A stretch of 58,150 nt of DNA from a bacterium (GTDB lineage Bacteria; Zhuqueibacterota; QNDG01; CAYUAG01): NCBI GenBank assembly GCA_046483025.1, contig JAWODZ010000187.1, forward strand, positions 1 through 58,150, given 5' to 3'. The position numbers and the translations under genes were made by a program. This document shows positions 1 through 9,572 of this stretch, in pieces; within the stretch, counting starts at the first letter, position 1; every line of letters begins with the position of its first letter. The notes beneath the pieces were generated by a model. The model worked only from the letters and a program-made list of their open reading frames with translations. It was not told where the DNA came from and made no database searches.

Positions 1-698
1 TTTAAAATATAAGACTTGTTAGGATGATACAAAAAAGTGCCCTGTCTATCAAGCAGAAAAGCCTGACCTGTAGCAAAAACTTCTGATAATGAAGACACCA
101 ACTCAGTAAACTTTTCCATAGTAATATCAATACCTCCAGCACCTAAAAGTTTACCATCCTCATCATATATTGGACATCTATAATTTACAAAAATTTCATG
201 TGATACAAAATCCAAATCCACATCAAAAGTAGGTTTCCCAAGCTCTACTACATTCTGATACCATTCTCTCTGATTGATATAATAATTATCGGGAAATTCT
301 CTCCGTATACAATCATAATACATTTGAGTTTTTTCACTGGCAACAAAAGATGAATGGATTCCCGGATCTTTATCAGCAACCTCTTTAAGGTGGTCCATAA
401 TTAATTCAAAGGTTTTATCTTCATTTGATTTAATTTTTCTTTTTGTGTTTTCCTTTAACCACTGCTTTATCAGGGGCTGCTTTGAAAATGTCCATCCTGC
501 CTTTGCTTTTTCATTCAAATACCCCTGCAGTTCAACAGAAACATTTCTTACTTTTGCCTCTGCTTTACTTTTGGTTTCTTTGATTAGTAAATTTCTGGAA
601 AAATTCAAGTATATAAAAAATATGGCTAATAATACTATCAGGTTCACACCAATAATGAATAAAAACATTCTTTTTCGTAGGTTTAATGAGTTCAACAT
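1..698 (-). CDS. Partial membrane sensor with dCache-like domain (chemoreceptor or sensor kinase/phosphatase N-terminus); continues past the window edge
   Basis: Hand translation, absent from the ORF track: ATG at 698 after AAGGA; MLNSLNLRKRMFLFIIGVNLIVLLAIFFIYL (TM helix), then YYINQREWYQ, PIYDEDGKLLGAGGIDI and GQAFLLDRQGTFLYHP, which are typical dCache motifs. Frame stays open to the edge. Confidence 0.8.
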   Translation of the reverse strand, partial: MLNSLNLRKRMFLFIIGVNLIVLLAIFFIYLNFSRNLLIKETKSKAEAKVRNVSVELQGYLNEKAKAGWTFSKQPLIKQWLKENTKRKIKSNEDKTFELIMDHLKEVADKDPGIHSSFVASEKTQMYYDCIRREFPDNYYINQREWYQNVVELGKPTFDVDLDFVSHEIFVNYRCPIYDEDGKLLGAGGIDITMEKFTELVSSLSEVFATGQAFLLDRQGTFLYHPNKSYIL

Positions 699-804
699 AG
701 TGGATCCTTTTAAAGACATTGCATAATGTAATTATAAAATCTGTTATTAATTACATTAAGCAAGATATACTAAAATTTTATTAAATATCTAACTAAAAAA
801 ATAA

Positions 805-822
805 AAGCAAATATAATGCCTT
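805..822 (-). promoter_or_regulatory. Candidate sigma54 (-24/-12) promoter of the dCache sensor gene
   Basis: Minus strand AAGGCATTATATTTGCTT = GG-N10-GC with GGCA/TTGCT, about 110 bp upstream of the ATG. Confidence 0.45.
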
Positions 823-860
823 AAAATTAGATAATAAATGCCGAAATTATAAAAATCAAT

Positions 861-889
861 TTGACAATAAACTCAATTTTATTTATATT
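861..889 (+). promoter_or_regulatory. Sigma70-type promoter of the spt-GNAT pair
   Basis: TTGACA (861-866), 17 bp spacer, TATATT (884-889). Confidence 0.65.
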
Positions 890-960
890 TATCATTAAAT
901 TATAAAAAACAGAATAATTTTTTATTTTATAATCCTTTAATCAATAAAAAGGAGAGTTAC

Positions 961-2145
961 GTGGACTTATTCGACAAATGTAAAACATTTACCAGAGCAA
1001 AAGACGCCATTGCATCGGGGAATTATCCTTATTTCAGGGCTATAGAATCCGGACCCGGTTCAGAAGTAGTCATTGATGGCAGGAAAATGATAATGATTGG
1101 CTCTAATAACTATATGGGGCTTACCGGACATCCAAAAGTTATAGAAGCAGCAGTAAAAGCTGTAAAAAAATATGGCAGCGGCTGTACCGGTTCCAGATAT
1201 TTAAATGGTACACTAGATATTCATATTGAATTAGAAGAACGTCTTGCTGATTTTCTCAAATCCGAAACAGTCTTATGTTTTTCAACCGGACATCATGTTA
1301 ACCAGGGTGTAATTTCATCACTGACCACTAAAGGAGATTTAATTTTTACAGACAGAGATGACCACGCCTCAATTGTTGATGGATGCATGCTTTCATTTGC
1401 AAAAGTAGTGAAATATAAACATAATGATATGTCTGATCTGGAAAAAAAATTAAATCTGTATAAAGATAAAGATGTTGGTAAGCTTATAATTACAGATGGT
1501 GTTTTCAGCATGGAAGGCGATATCGCCAATCTTCCTGAAATAATAAAATTAGCTAAAGAATATAATATAAGAGTTTATGTAGATGATGCACATTCCATCG
1601 GAGTCTTGGGAAAGCATGGACGTGGAACCGGTGAACATTTCGGATTAGAGGATAAAGTAGATTTGCATATGGGAACATTCAGTAAATCGTTCTCTTCAAT
1701 TGGAGGATTTGTAGCAGGAGAAGAAGATGTTATTCATTATATAAAACACTTCGCACGTTCTCTTATATTTACTGCCAGTCCCCCGCCTGCTGCAGTTGCA
1801 ACTGTACTTGCTTGTCTTGATATCATTGAATCCGAACCTGAACGTCTGGAGAAATTGTGGCAGAACACCAGAAAAATGCTTGATGGATATAAAAGTCTGG
1901 GATTTGATATTGGCAACAGTGAAACCCCGATTATTCCCATAAAAATCGGAAAAGATGAAGATTGTTTTGCATTCTGGAAATTACTATTTGAACACGGAAT
2001 TTTTGCCAATCCGGCTGTAAGTCCGGCAGTTCCACCCAATGAAGCATTACTCAGAACCAGCTATATGGCTACTCATACCGAGGAGGAACTTGATAAAGTC
2101 CTTGAAATTTTTTCAACCCTTGGTAAAAAATTTGGAATAATTTAA
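961..2145 (+). CDS. spt: PLP-dependent alpha-oxoamine synthase, probably serine palmitoyltransferase
   Basis: GSNNYMGLT, DHASIVDG, DGVFSMEGD, DDAH and GTFSKS (PLP lysine). N-terminal YPYFRAIES resembles bacterial Spt. GTG start with AGGAG RBS; next to a YghO/bCerS-like GNAT; no bio genes in the window. Confidence 0.75.
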   Translation: MDLFDKCKTFTRAKDAIASGNYPYFRAIESGPGSEVVIDGRKMIMIGSNNYMGLTGHPKVIEAAVKAVKKYGSGCTGSRYLNGTLDIHIELEERLADFLKSETVLCFSTGHHVNQGVISSLTTKGDLIFTDRDDHASIVDGCMLSFAKVVKYKHNDMSDLEKKLNLYKDKDVGKLIITDGVFSMEGDIANLPEIIKLAKEYNIRVYVDDAHSIGVLGKHGRGTGEHFGLEDKVDLHMGTFSKSFSSIGGFVAGEEDVIHYIKHFARSLIFTASPPPAAVATVLACLDIIESEPERLEKLWQNTRKMLDGYKSLGFDIGNSETPIIPIKIGKDEDCFAFWKLLFEHGIFANPAVSPAVPPNEALLRTSYMATHTEEELDKVLEIFSTLGKKFGII

Positions 2146-2162
2146 ATTTAAAGGAAATAAAT

Positions 2163-3287
2163 ATGTCTGCTATTAAAATTTACAGTTTTACTAGCAATGA
2201 CAAAAACAGATGGAAGGATTTTGTTAAATTCCCCTATGTTCATTACAAAAATGATCCTTATTGGGTTCCTCCTCTTATATCTAATCAAAAAATACTTCTG
2301 AATCCGGATAAACATCCATTTTATCAGCATGCTTCAGTTAATTTTTTTCTGGCACTATTAGATAACCGGGTTGTGGGAAGAATAGCAGCAATAATTGATA
2401 AAAATCACAATGAAGTGCATAATGAAACAACAGGATTTTTTGGGTTTTTTGAATCAATTGAAAATTTTCAAGTTGCAGAGAAACTTTTTACTGCTGCCAA
2501 ATCCTGGATAAAAAATCAGGGCATGACCAATTTTCGCGGGCCCGCAAACCCATGTTTAAATGAAGACTGTGGTTTTTTAACCAATGCATTCAATTCTCCT
2601 CCTGTAATTATGATGCCGTATAATCCATCTTATTACATCAAATTTGCAGAAAAATTTGGTTTTAATAAAGCAATGGATCTTTATGCCTACTATATTGACA
2701 ATAATAAAAAAATTCCTGATAAACTGGTTAAAGTTGTAAAAATTGTGCGTAAAAAAGAAAAAGTAAATATACGGCCATTTAATCTAAAAAATTTTAGTAA
2801 CGATGCTAAAATTGTATGGCATATCTATAATAAAGCCTGGGAAAAAAACTGGGGCTTTGTGCCCATGACAGAAAATGAATATAACTATTTAGCCAAAAAT
2901 CTTAGACAAGTTGTTGAACCGGAGCTTGCTCTGTTTGCAGAAATTAATGGCAGACCGGTTGGTTTTTCTCTGTCATTACCAGATATAAATCAGGCATTAA
3001 TTCATACCAATGGCCGTCTTTTCCCATTCGGTCTTATTAAATTACTCTGGTACTCAAAAAAAATTGATATGATCCGGACTATCATCATGGGGGTAATTCC
3101 TGAACATCGAAATAGCGGTATTGATGCTCTGTTTTATTATGAAACCTGGAAAAATGCAGTAAAAAAAGGATATGTAAAAGATGAAATGTCCTGGATTCTG
3201 GAAAATAACAGAATGATGAAACGCAGTGCAGAAATGCTGGGCGGAGAAATATATAAGACCTATCGATTATATGAGATGAAAATTTAA
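2163..3287 (+). CDS. YghO-like GNAT N-acyltransferase, candidate bacterial ceramide synthase (bCerS)
   Basis: DPYWVPPL, VGRIAAIID, GFFGFFES, MMPYNPSYY, NWGFVP and MSWILENN motifs; 17 bp downstream of spt. Confidence 0.7.
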   Translation: MSAIKIYSFTSNDKNRWKDFVKFPYVHYKNDPYWVPPLISNQKILLNPDKHPFYQHASVNFFLALLDNRVVGRIAAIIDKNHNEVHNETTGFFGFFESIENFQVAEKLFTAAKSWIKNQGMTNFRGPANPCLNEDCGFLTNAFNSPPVIMMPYNPSYYIKFAEKFGFNKAMDLYAYYIDNNKKIPDKLVKVVKIVRKKEKVNIRPFNLKNFSNDAKIVWHIYNKAWEKNWGFVPMTENEYNYLAKNLRQVVEPELALFAEINGRPVGFSLSLPDINQALIHTNGRLFPFGLIKLLWYSKKIDMIRTIIMGVIPEHRNSGIDALFYYETWKNAVKKGYVKDEMSWILENNRMMKRSAEMLGGEIYKTYRLYEMKI

Positions 3288-3380
3288 TAAAAAAAACAGC
3301 AGTATATTCATCATTTACCTACTATCCCCTATCAGAAATTAACTCTATACTTTTCCATCTCCTGAATTTAAAAATTTTTA

Positions 3381-4850
3381 TTATTTAAAATCGTAAAATG
3401 AGATTATTTCCGGATCAACATTCCTGTACTTAGGTAAACATTGTCCTGCATTTGCATTAACATATGTAGGATCACATTCAATATAATTCTCTCCGCAATA
3501 ACTGATGTATTTACCATCAATATGTGTATTAATTTTCACAGCTGTTGCAATATGGCCGGGATAGTCTAGACCTAAAACATCTAATTTTAATAGATTCCTG
3601 ATTAAATAGGCAAATAATACAGCCCTGTCCTCGCAATCGGAACCGGGATAATAAAGTGTCTCTTCAATGAATAAGGGTTGTTCATTACCAAACTGTTCAT
3701 AATCAGATGTATAGGTAAAACTTTTTTGCACAAAATGTAAAATTAAATTCACTGCTTCGATTTCAGATTTTCCCACCAATAAAGGTTTCAGACTTTTCAA
3801 TAAAGAATATCTGCTCTCATTAGAAATAGGTGCATTGAAATAAATAGCATACTCGGTTAACGGATATTGTGTATAGAAGTCGACAATTGACTTATTAATA
3901 TTCAAAGATAAAGAATAATTTTTATGTAAATAATCAAATTCCAAAGTTTTTTTTATAATATGGGGGTTCACTGCAGGACATAAATATATATTCATATCTA
4001 TCATGGAATCTGCATCAGGATAATTTCCACAATAAGTATGAATATTATTTTCCCCCTCTGATGAATAAATATTTGTCAGCAGATAGTATCTTCGGTTATT
4101 GGAAGTGATAAAGGAATGATTATATAAAATATTTTGTGATGAAATTAAAAGTAAAATTGTATCATTACTATACCCGACTTTCACATCATAACCGGACTTC
4201 TGCATTATAAACCATATGACTAATTTTACTATATTAGCATCATCAGGAAATATCTGAGCGGTACATTGACTTAAGAATTTATAAAATGCCCAGTCATTTA
4301 ATTTCATTTTATTCTTAACAGTATTGCATTGATCAAGCAAATAGGAATAGTGTGTTTTACTGATTTGACTCCAGAATCTACTTATATCAGTATTATCAAA
4401 GTTTCGGGGCAATTCAATCTTTTCCAAAGCCACGTCATACATCAGACTGCAGGAGGTATTTAAAAAATAAAAATCAACTTTTTTCACATACTTAAATTTT
4501 AATTTCGGTCTTTTGATAAATCCTAAACTTTCATTTTTCGGAGCAGGTATGAATTTGAAATCTTTCATTTTATATGTCGGGGATGCAGAGTCAATATCAA
4601 CCTCTTCAAAATTTTTAACCGGCATTTGTGCAGGTTTGGGAATCTCATCAGGAATTATCCCCTGTGTCAGTTCAAACTCCTTCCACTCATTTTTTAAAAA
4701 TTCAGTGAATTCTTTATCCCTCTTTTCCAAAAAATCACTGAACTGTTCATCTTCCTGCTGTAACCAATCTTTAAAATTCTGTTGAGCATAAAAATTCAAT
4801 GGATAAATAAAAACTATCAAAAAAACAATTATACCCATTGTATATTTCAT
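3381..4850 (-). CDS. Exported protein with C-terminal transglutaminase-like Cys-His-Asp domain
   Basis: Signal peptide MKYTMGIIVFLIVFIYPLNFYAQ; SDCEDRAVLF, YPGHIATAV and CDPTY give a C-H-D triad. Confidence 0.65.
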   Translation of the reverse strand: MKYTMGIIVFLIVFIYPLNFYAQQNFKDWLQQEDEQFSDFLEKRDKEFTEFLKNEWKEFELTQGIIPDEIPKPAQMPVKNFEEVDIDSASPTYKMKDFKFIPAPKNESLGFIKRPKLKFKYVKKVDFYFLNTSCSLMYDVALEKIELPRNFDNTDISRFWSQISKTHYSYLLDQCNTVKNKMKLNDWAFYKFLSQCTAQIFPDDANIVKLVIWFIMQKSGYDVKVGYSNDTILLLISSQNILYNHSFITSNNRRYYLLTNIYSSEGENNIHTYCGNYPDADSMIDMNIYLCPAVNPHIIKKTLEFDYLHKNYSLSLNINKSIVDFYTQYPLTEYAIYFNAPISNESRYSLLKSLKPLLVGKSEIEAVNLILHFVQKSFTYTSDYEQFGNEQPLFIEETLYYPGSDCEDRAVLFAYLIRNLLKLDVLGLDYPGHIATAVKINTHIDGKYISYCGENYIECDPTYVNANAGQCLPKYRNVDPEIISFYDFK

Positions 4851-4852
4851 GA

Positions 4853-6433
4853 TTATTTCTCCATAGTAGTGATTACAATTCTTTCTTCAGTCTTCAAAAC
4901 TTCACTATATTCAATTCTCTTCATGCCGCGGGTTTTACTTAAAAAAGTATGGAGATCTTCCTTTAATATTTTATAGCCATCAACTAACTCAGTATCAATT
5001 TTTTTAAAGGGTTTGGTCTGAGCAAAAATCTGAAGCACTTCCACTCCATAAGGCTGATCACAAACAAATTTATCAGGAATTTTATATGCAGTATTCACAT
5101 AGGAACGATCAATAAAATAATTATCCAATAAAACAGTTCGCACCCCGTTTGCAAGATGATACATCAATCTGATATAGCAGGGTATATTCACCCGAAGAAA
5201 TATATTCATAATTTCATCATCATAAAATACTACTCCACTTCTTCCTTTATTAGTCCAGGCATCAAGAAAAATCCCTCCATTATTAATTTCACCCTGAGAA
5301 AATATCTTTTGTTCCTTTAACGCCTGACTAAAATTTTCTGGTGTTATTTCATGTCCGGTTTTATTAACCATACTCTGCGGTATCATGATATTCATACTTG
5401 CTGCAATCTCGTCCTGCTGATTGCATATTTCTGCCATAATCTCTATACTATCTCTTTGCTGCCAATAGGTACCTTTTAAAAAAAACAATGAATCGGCTGT
5501 CTTAAAATCTGTTAAGTATATATCTGAATTAATATTTTCCAATGATGAAGAACCTCTCATGCTGAACCCGGGTAAACAGCTGATGTTACTTTTGAGATTA
5601 TGGTGTAAAAATGAAGCAAAATTACTCGACATTCCGGTATTCTGGAAAGTAAAGGGAAGTATAATCAATCTGCCGGTTGTGTTTTTCAACTGATCCTGAA
5701 AACAATTATACATAAAAAGAGTTACATCTTTAATATTTTTTATGGGCTGCTGTCTAAGTTTGCGAACCATTCTGTTTAATTCCGAAATCTTCACATAATC
5801 ATTTTCTATTTCTGAATCCTCAAGCTCGGCAAAAGTATGGATCATATTCGAAGAAGAGGCATGGATTATTCCCCAGGCCCGGAATAATTTATTAAATAAG
5901 GGATAGCAATGCAGATAATATTTTAAAGCAAGAGACTCATTACCTTGTTGTTGAGCCCGTTTTCCCAGGTTATAATAATGAGAAATATCATTTTGTAATC
6001 TCTTTTTAATTAAATTATAATGATCAATGATTTTCTGTCTCTTAACATAAACCAGAGCATAGGCAGTCCTGGATTTTTTATCATAAAACTTTTCAACCTC
6101 AGAACCCCATAATTGCACCTGCGATGCTGATTGAGTAACTGAACTGTAAATTTGTGAATACTGTCCTTTCCCTTCTTCGGTCCTCATTTTAGTATGTGAT
6201 TTAACAGTAAGATAAATTTTATTGATTAACTCCTTTTGGGCATTCTGGACTGAAATATTCATACATTTTGTTTTGTTATTGTCTTGAGTTAATGCTGCAA
6301 CTCCAAAACCGGTCAGATATATTTCTTTGGGGTATCGATCGGTTTTTCCAAAATTATCAACCCAATCAGGTGCACCAGCAATAACCAAGACAGGGAAACT
6401 GATAATAAGTAAAGTACCTATATATTTTTTCAT
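4853..6433 (-). CDS. Exported protein with LPP20-like N-terminus and DUF4384-like C-terminus
   Basis: Signal peptide followed by PDWV...YLTGFGVA (LPP20-like); C-terminal WTNKG...IFLRVNIPCYIRL...PYGVEVLQIFAQ (DUF4384-like). Confidence 0.6.
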   Translation of the reverse strand: MKKYIGTLLIISFPVLVIAGAPDWVDNFGKTDRYPKEIYLTGFGVAALTQDNNKTKCMNISVQNAQKELINKIYLTVKSHTKMRTEEGKGQYSQIYSSVTQSASQVQLWGSEVEKFYDKKSRTAYALVYVKRQKIIDHYNLIKKRLQNDISHYYNLGKRAQQQGNESLALKYYLHCYPLFNKLFRAWGIIHASSSNMIHTFAELEDSEIENDYVKISELNRMVRKLRQQPIKNIKDVTLFMYNCFQDQLKNTTGRLIILPFTFQNTGMSSNFASFLHHNLKSNISCLPGFSMRGSSSLENINSDIYLTDFKTADSLFFLKGTYWQQRDSIEIMAEICNQQDEIAASMNIMIPQSMVNKTGHEITPENFSQALKEQKIFSQGEINNGGIFLDAWTNKGRSGVVFYDDEIMNIFLRVNIPCYIRLMYHLANGVRTVLLDNYFIDRSYVNTAYKIPDKFVCDQPYGVEVLQIFAQTKPFKKIDTELVDGYKILKEDLHTFLSKTRGMKRIEYSEVLKTEERIVITTMEK

Positions 6434-6466
6434 TATTTCTGCCTTTTAAAATTATGCACAAAAAAA

Positions 6467-9340
6467 TTATTTAGTTACTATGGGAAAATCCGGAATTGAC
6501 TCAGGTACGATAGTTGTTGGTTTTTGATGTCCTTTGGTCAATTCTTTAACCCGTTTGGTGATATAGAAATCAAGTTCTTTTATGGTTACAATTTCATTCT
6601 TATCAAAATCAGCGCGCATATATTTCAGTCCGTCCAAAAGAGCTTTGGTAAAAGCTCCATGTTCCCAGCTGGGATCTTCATAAGCAGCAGAATTATCAGT
6701 AGTTGCTGTCATTATTACCTGACCCGTTCCGGCAGCAATTAAATCCTTAATTGCAGTAGTAATATCTGCTTCTCCTCTTTTTTTGCTGCCTAAGATATTG
6801 CCGGAATGGCAGGCATCTACAAAAAGAATCACTTTCGAGGGGAGATTGGTAATAACATCTTTAAATTCAGTCCACTTTACTGCTGAACTTCTTAAATTCT
6901 GGATATCTGCATCATAACTTAAAAAATAATAATTATTTAATCCGTCATTAATACCGTGACCTGCAATAAACATAATAACTACATCTTTTTGTGTTGCCTC
7001 ATTAATAAGCCAGTCTATACTATTTAAGATATCTGCTCTGCCGGCCTCAGTATTTGTTCTGATTTCATGAGAAATACTCTGATATAGTTTTGTTTGAGTT
7101 TTAAAAATTTCAACAATTGACTGAGCATCAGAGGCGGCATAATCTAATTTATACCGCATGTTTTTATATTCAGATATTCCTATAGATAAAACATACAGGT
7201 TTGGTTTGTATACACTCTCACCATTTTTACTTTTTATATGAATATATACAGGATTGCTGGCAGCAAATCTGTTTCCTGCTACTATCTTTAAAACACTGGT
7301 TCCATACGGTACTTTTATTGTTTTTCTTATATTTTCAAAACTACTGTTATCATCAACTAAAACTTTCATTCCCCGGTCTTTGATCTCTCTTCCATTCAAA
7401 AAAATTTTAATATCGGTAATATTAAAATCAGATTGAGCAATAACATCAAAATCAACAGATACCTGTTTATTATATGTAATAATCTCCTCCGGAGTATTCA
7501 ACTCTATCTTGGGTGGAAGAATATCTTCTACAGTGACCTCACTTAAACGCATATTTTTTTTTGTATAAGCAAGTGCTTTCTCTTCACTTTTTAATTTAAC
7601 TATATTTTTCATTAATGATGGCTGGTAATAGGAGCGAAAAAAACGATCCGAACTAAAATAATCTGCAGCGCGATCAAAGCCACGATTTATATGATATCCT
7701 ACAAATTGATCCCCTCCGATACTTGAGGCATAATATCCTTTTTCAGACCATACTACCCATTCATCATCCTTACTGATAAAAATATTTAGTAGAGGATAAA
7801 TCTTTTTAACATCAGACTGAGTTTGCCGTAATGATTCAAGATTCCAGAGTTTAATAGTCTGATCACTGCTTCCGCTTACTAATAATTGATCATCTACTGC
7901 AATACTCCACACTGTTCCGGTATGACCGATAAATACACCGATAATTTCACCTGCCAGATTATATGCATTTAAATACCCGTCATTTCCACCGGAAATAATT
8001 AATCCTTTATCAGTAAATCCATAGGTTCTGTGCTGATATCCGTTTGTAGCATCTCTTACTATTCTCTTTAAAACTTCTCCATCTTTTCTGATTTCCAACA
8101 CAGCATCAGAAAACCCATACTTTCCTCCCCTGATATGCTGAAGTTTGAAAGAATGATTAAGTCCGTTATATCCAACTGGAATACAATTGAATTTATCACC
8201 TTCTTGAATATGTTTAATCACAAATTCATTCAGATCAAAATATCTTTCCAACTCTGTCTTTTCATTGGTATAGGTCATAGGGGTGAAGCCAAAACCAATT
8301 TTTTCATCAGATATGCCAACACTCCACACTTTTCTGCCCTTGCCTTCAATAACTCTTTCTACCCGGGCGGTATTAATGTTCCAAAAATAAATTTCATAAT
8401 TTTCTCCGCCTCCGGTAACTGCAGTATTTTCATCAATAAAAGCTACTGCCTGAGTTAAAGCATGCTGTTTATTGAAAGTGGTGATTTTATTAAACCCGGT
8501 GCGGAGATCATAAATATTATTATTCGGAGGAAACCCGACATGCCCGGAAACAAGATATCGCCCGCTTTCTGAAAAAGAAAGACCAGTGGGCCGGGTTTTA
8601 GTGTATATATTTTTAATGAGATTCAGATCCCGGTCAAACAGACTGATTTTATTAGCTTTTCCACATACAGCTATATATCTTCCGGAAACTGCTACATGAG
8701 ATAACTTATAACTATTGTCAATTGATTTGATTAATCCTGAATTAAGAGAGTGTAGATTTAACCGTTGATCATATCCAATTGATACAATTCTGTACTCAGT
8801 ATTTTCCTTAAAAATATCAACTCCGTACACATCATCGCTATGATGGGAGAATTCTTTGTAAAGCTTAAAACTGCCGTTCTCTTTACTCCAGACAATAACC
8901 TTTCTGTCCATTGCTCCTGATACCAGCAGATTACCATCATGATTAAAATCAACATCCAGTACAAGATTTGAATGCCCCTTCAGGGTCTGCACTATTTCTC
9001 CGGTGGGAAAATTATAAATTCTGATTTCATTATCACCAAAATAACCCCCGACTGCCAGATATTGATCATCCGATGACAGAGCAATTGCTGATATCATCCC
9101 TCTGCTGCCGTTTCCGATCTGGCCGATAATTTTTCTTACTTCTTTTCCCAGATCAACATCCCAGATACGTATGGTTTTATCATCACTGGCTGATATGAGA
9201 AATCTTTTATCAGAAGTAACTAGAATATCCCAGATTCTTGCTTTATGTCCGCCTGTATCTAGCTGCAATATGGCATTATTCTGAGCTGAAAGCAGACATT
9301 GTATAAAAAAACAAAAAATTAATATTGAAATTTTTTTCAT
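6467..9340 (-). CDS. Exported WD40-repeat protein with C-terminal caspase-like peptidase C14 domain
   Basis: Start moved to ATG 9340 (signal peptide MKKISILIFCFFIQCLLSAQ). GH...WD repeats (GHKARIW..IRIWD, GHSNLV..VIVW, GHTGTVW..IKLWN); LYVLSIGISEY; intact dyad FIAGHG and VDACHSG; WEHGAFT; QKP. Confidence 0.9.
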   Translation of the reverse strand: MKKISILIFCFFIQCLLSAQNNAILQLDTGGHKARIWDILVTSDKRFLISASDDKTIRIWDVDLGKEVRKIIGQIGNGSRGMISAIALSSDDQYLAVGGYFGDNEIRIYNFPTGEIVQTLKGHSNLVLDVDFNHDGNLLVSGAMDRKVIVWSKENGSFKLYKEFSHHSDDVYGVDIFKENTEYRIVSIGYDQRLNLHSLNSGLIKSIDNSYKLSHVAVSGRYIAVCGKANKISLFDRDLNLIKNIYTKTRPTGLSFSESGRYLVSGHVGFPPNNNIYDLRTGFNKITTFNKQHALTQAVAFIDENTAVTGGGENYEIYFWNINTARVERVIEGKGRKVWSVGISDEKIGFGFTPMTYTNEKTELERYFDLNEFVIKHIQEGDKFNCIPVGYNGLNHSFKLQHIRGGKYGFSDAVLEIRKDGEVLKRIVRDATNGYQHRTYGFTDKGLIISGGNDGYLNAYNLAGEIIGVFIGHTGTVWSIAVDDQLLVSGSSDQTIKLWNLESLRQTQSDVKKIYPLLNIFISKDDEWVVWSEKGYYASSIGGDQFVGYHINRGFDRAADYFSSDRFFRSYYQPSLMKNIVKLKSEEKALAYTKKNMRLSEVTVEDILPPKIELNTPEEIITYNKQVSVDFDVIAQSDFNITDIKIFLNGREIKDRGMKVLVDDNSSFENIRKTIKVPYGTSVLKIVAGNRFAASNPVYIHIKSKNGESVYKPNLYVLSIGISEYKNMRYKLDYAASDAQSIVEIFKTQTKLYQSISHEIRTNTEAGRADILNSIDWLINEATQKDVVIMFIAGHGINDGLNNYYFLSYDADIQNLRSSAVKWTEFKDVITNLPSKVILFVDACHSGNILGSKKRGEADITTAIKDLIAAGTGQVIMTATTDNSAAYEDPSWEHGAFTKALLDGLKYMRADFDKNEIVTIKELDFYITKRVKELTKGHQKPTTIVPESIPDFPIVTK

Positions 9341-9473
9341 CGCACAATTTTTTTTAAAAGCCTTTAAATGATTATTCTGAACTGGTAAAAAAATTACCAC
9401 CCTGGTTCACTGTTGTTCTGTTCATTTTTTTCGTTACTGCATTCTTTAAATATTTTTGTATTCACTGCTATCA

Positions 9474-9491
9474 CAGCAATATTTATGCCCT
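9474..9491 (-). promoter_or_regulatory. Candidate sigma54 promoter upstream of the WD40-caspase gene
   Basis: Minus strand AGGGCATAAATATTGCTG = GGCA-N6-TTGCT (GG-N10-GC), in the only large gap of the cluster. Confidence 0.5.
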
Positions 9492-9572
9492 GTATAGATA
9501 TTGTTATGTACTCAATAAGGTTTGATAAATGACTGGAGTAAAAGATGTCAAAGATAGATCATATTATGTCCA

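Noticed and set aside
445-726. 93 aa plus-strand ORF
   Set aside because: Antisense shadow of the dCache sensor gene; no recognisable motifs.
961-2145. Annotation as bioF or kbl
   Set aside because: Same fold, but no bio or tdh genes are nearby and the bCerS-like neighbour favours Spt. Not fully excluded without a tree.
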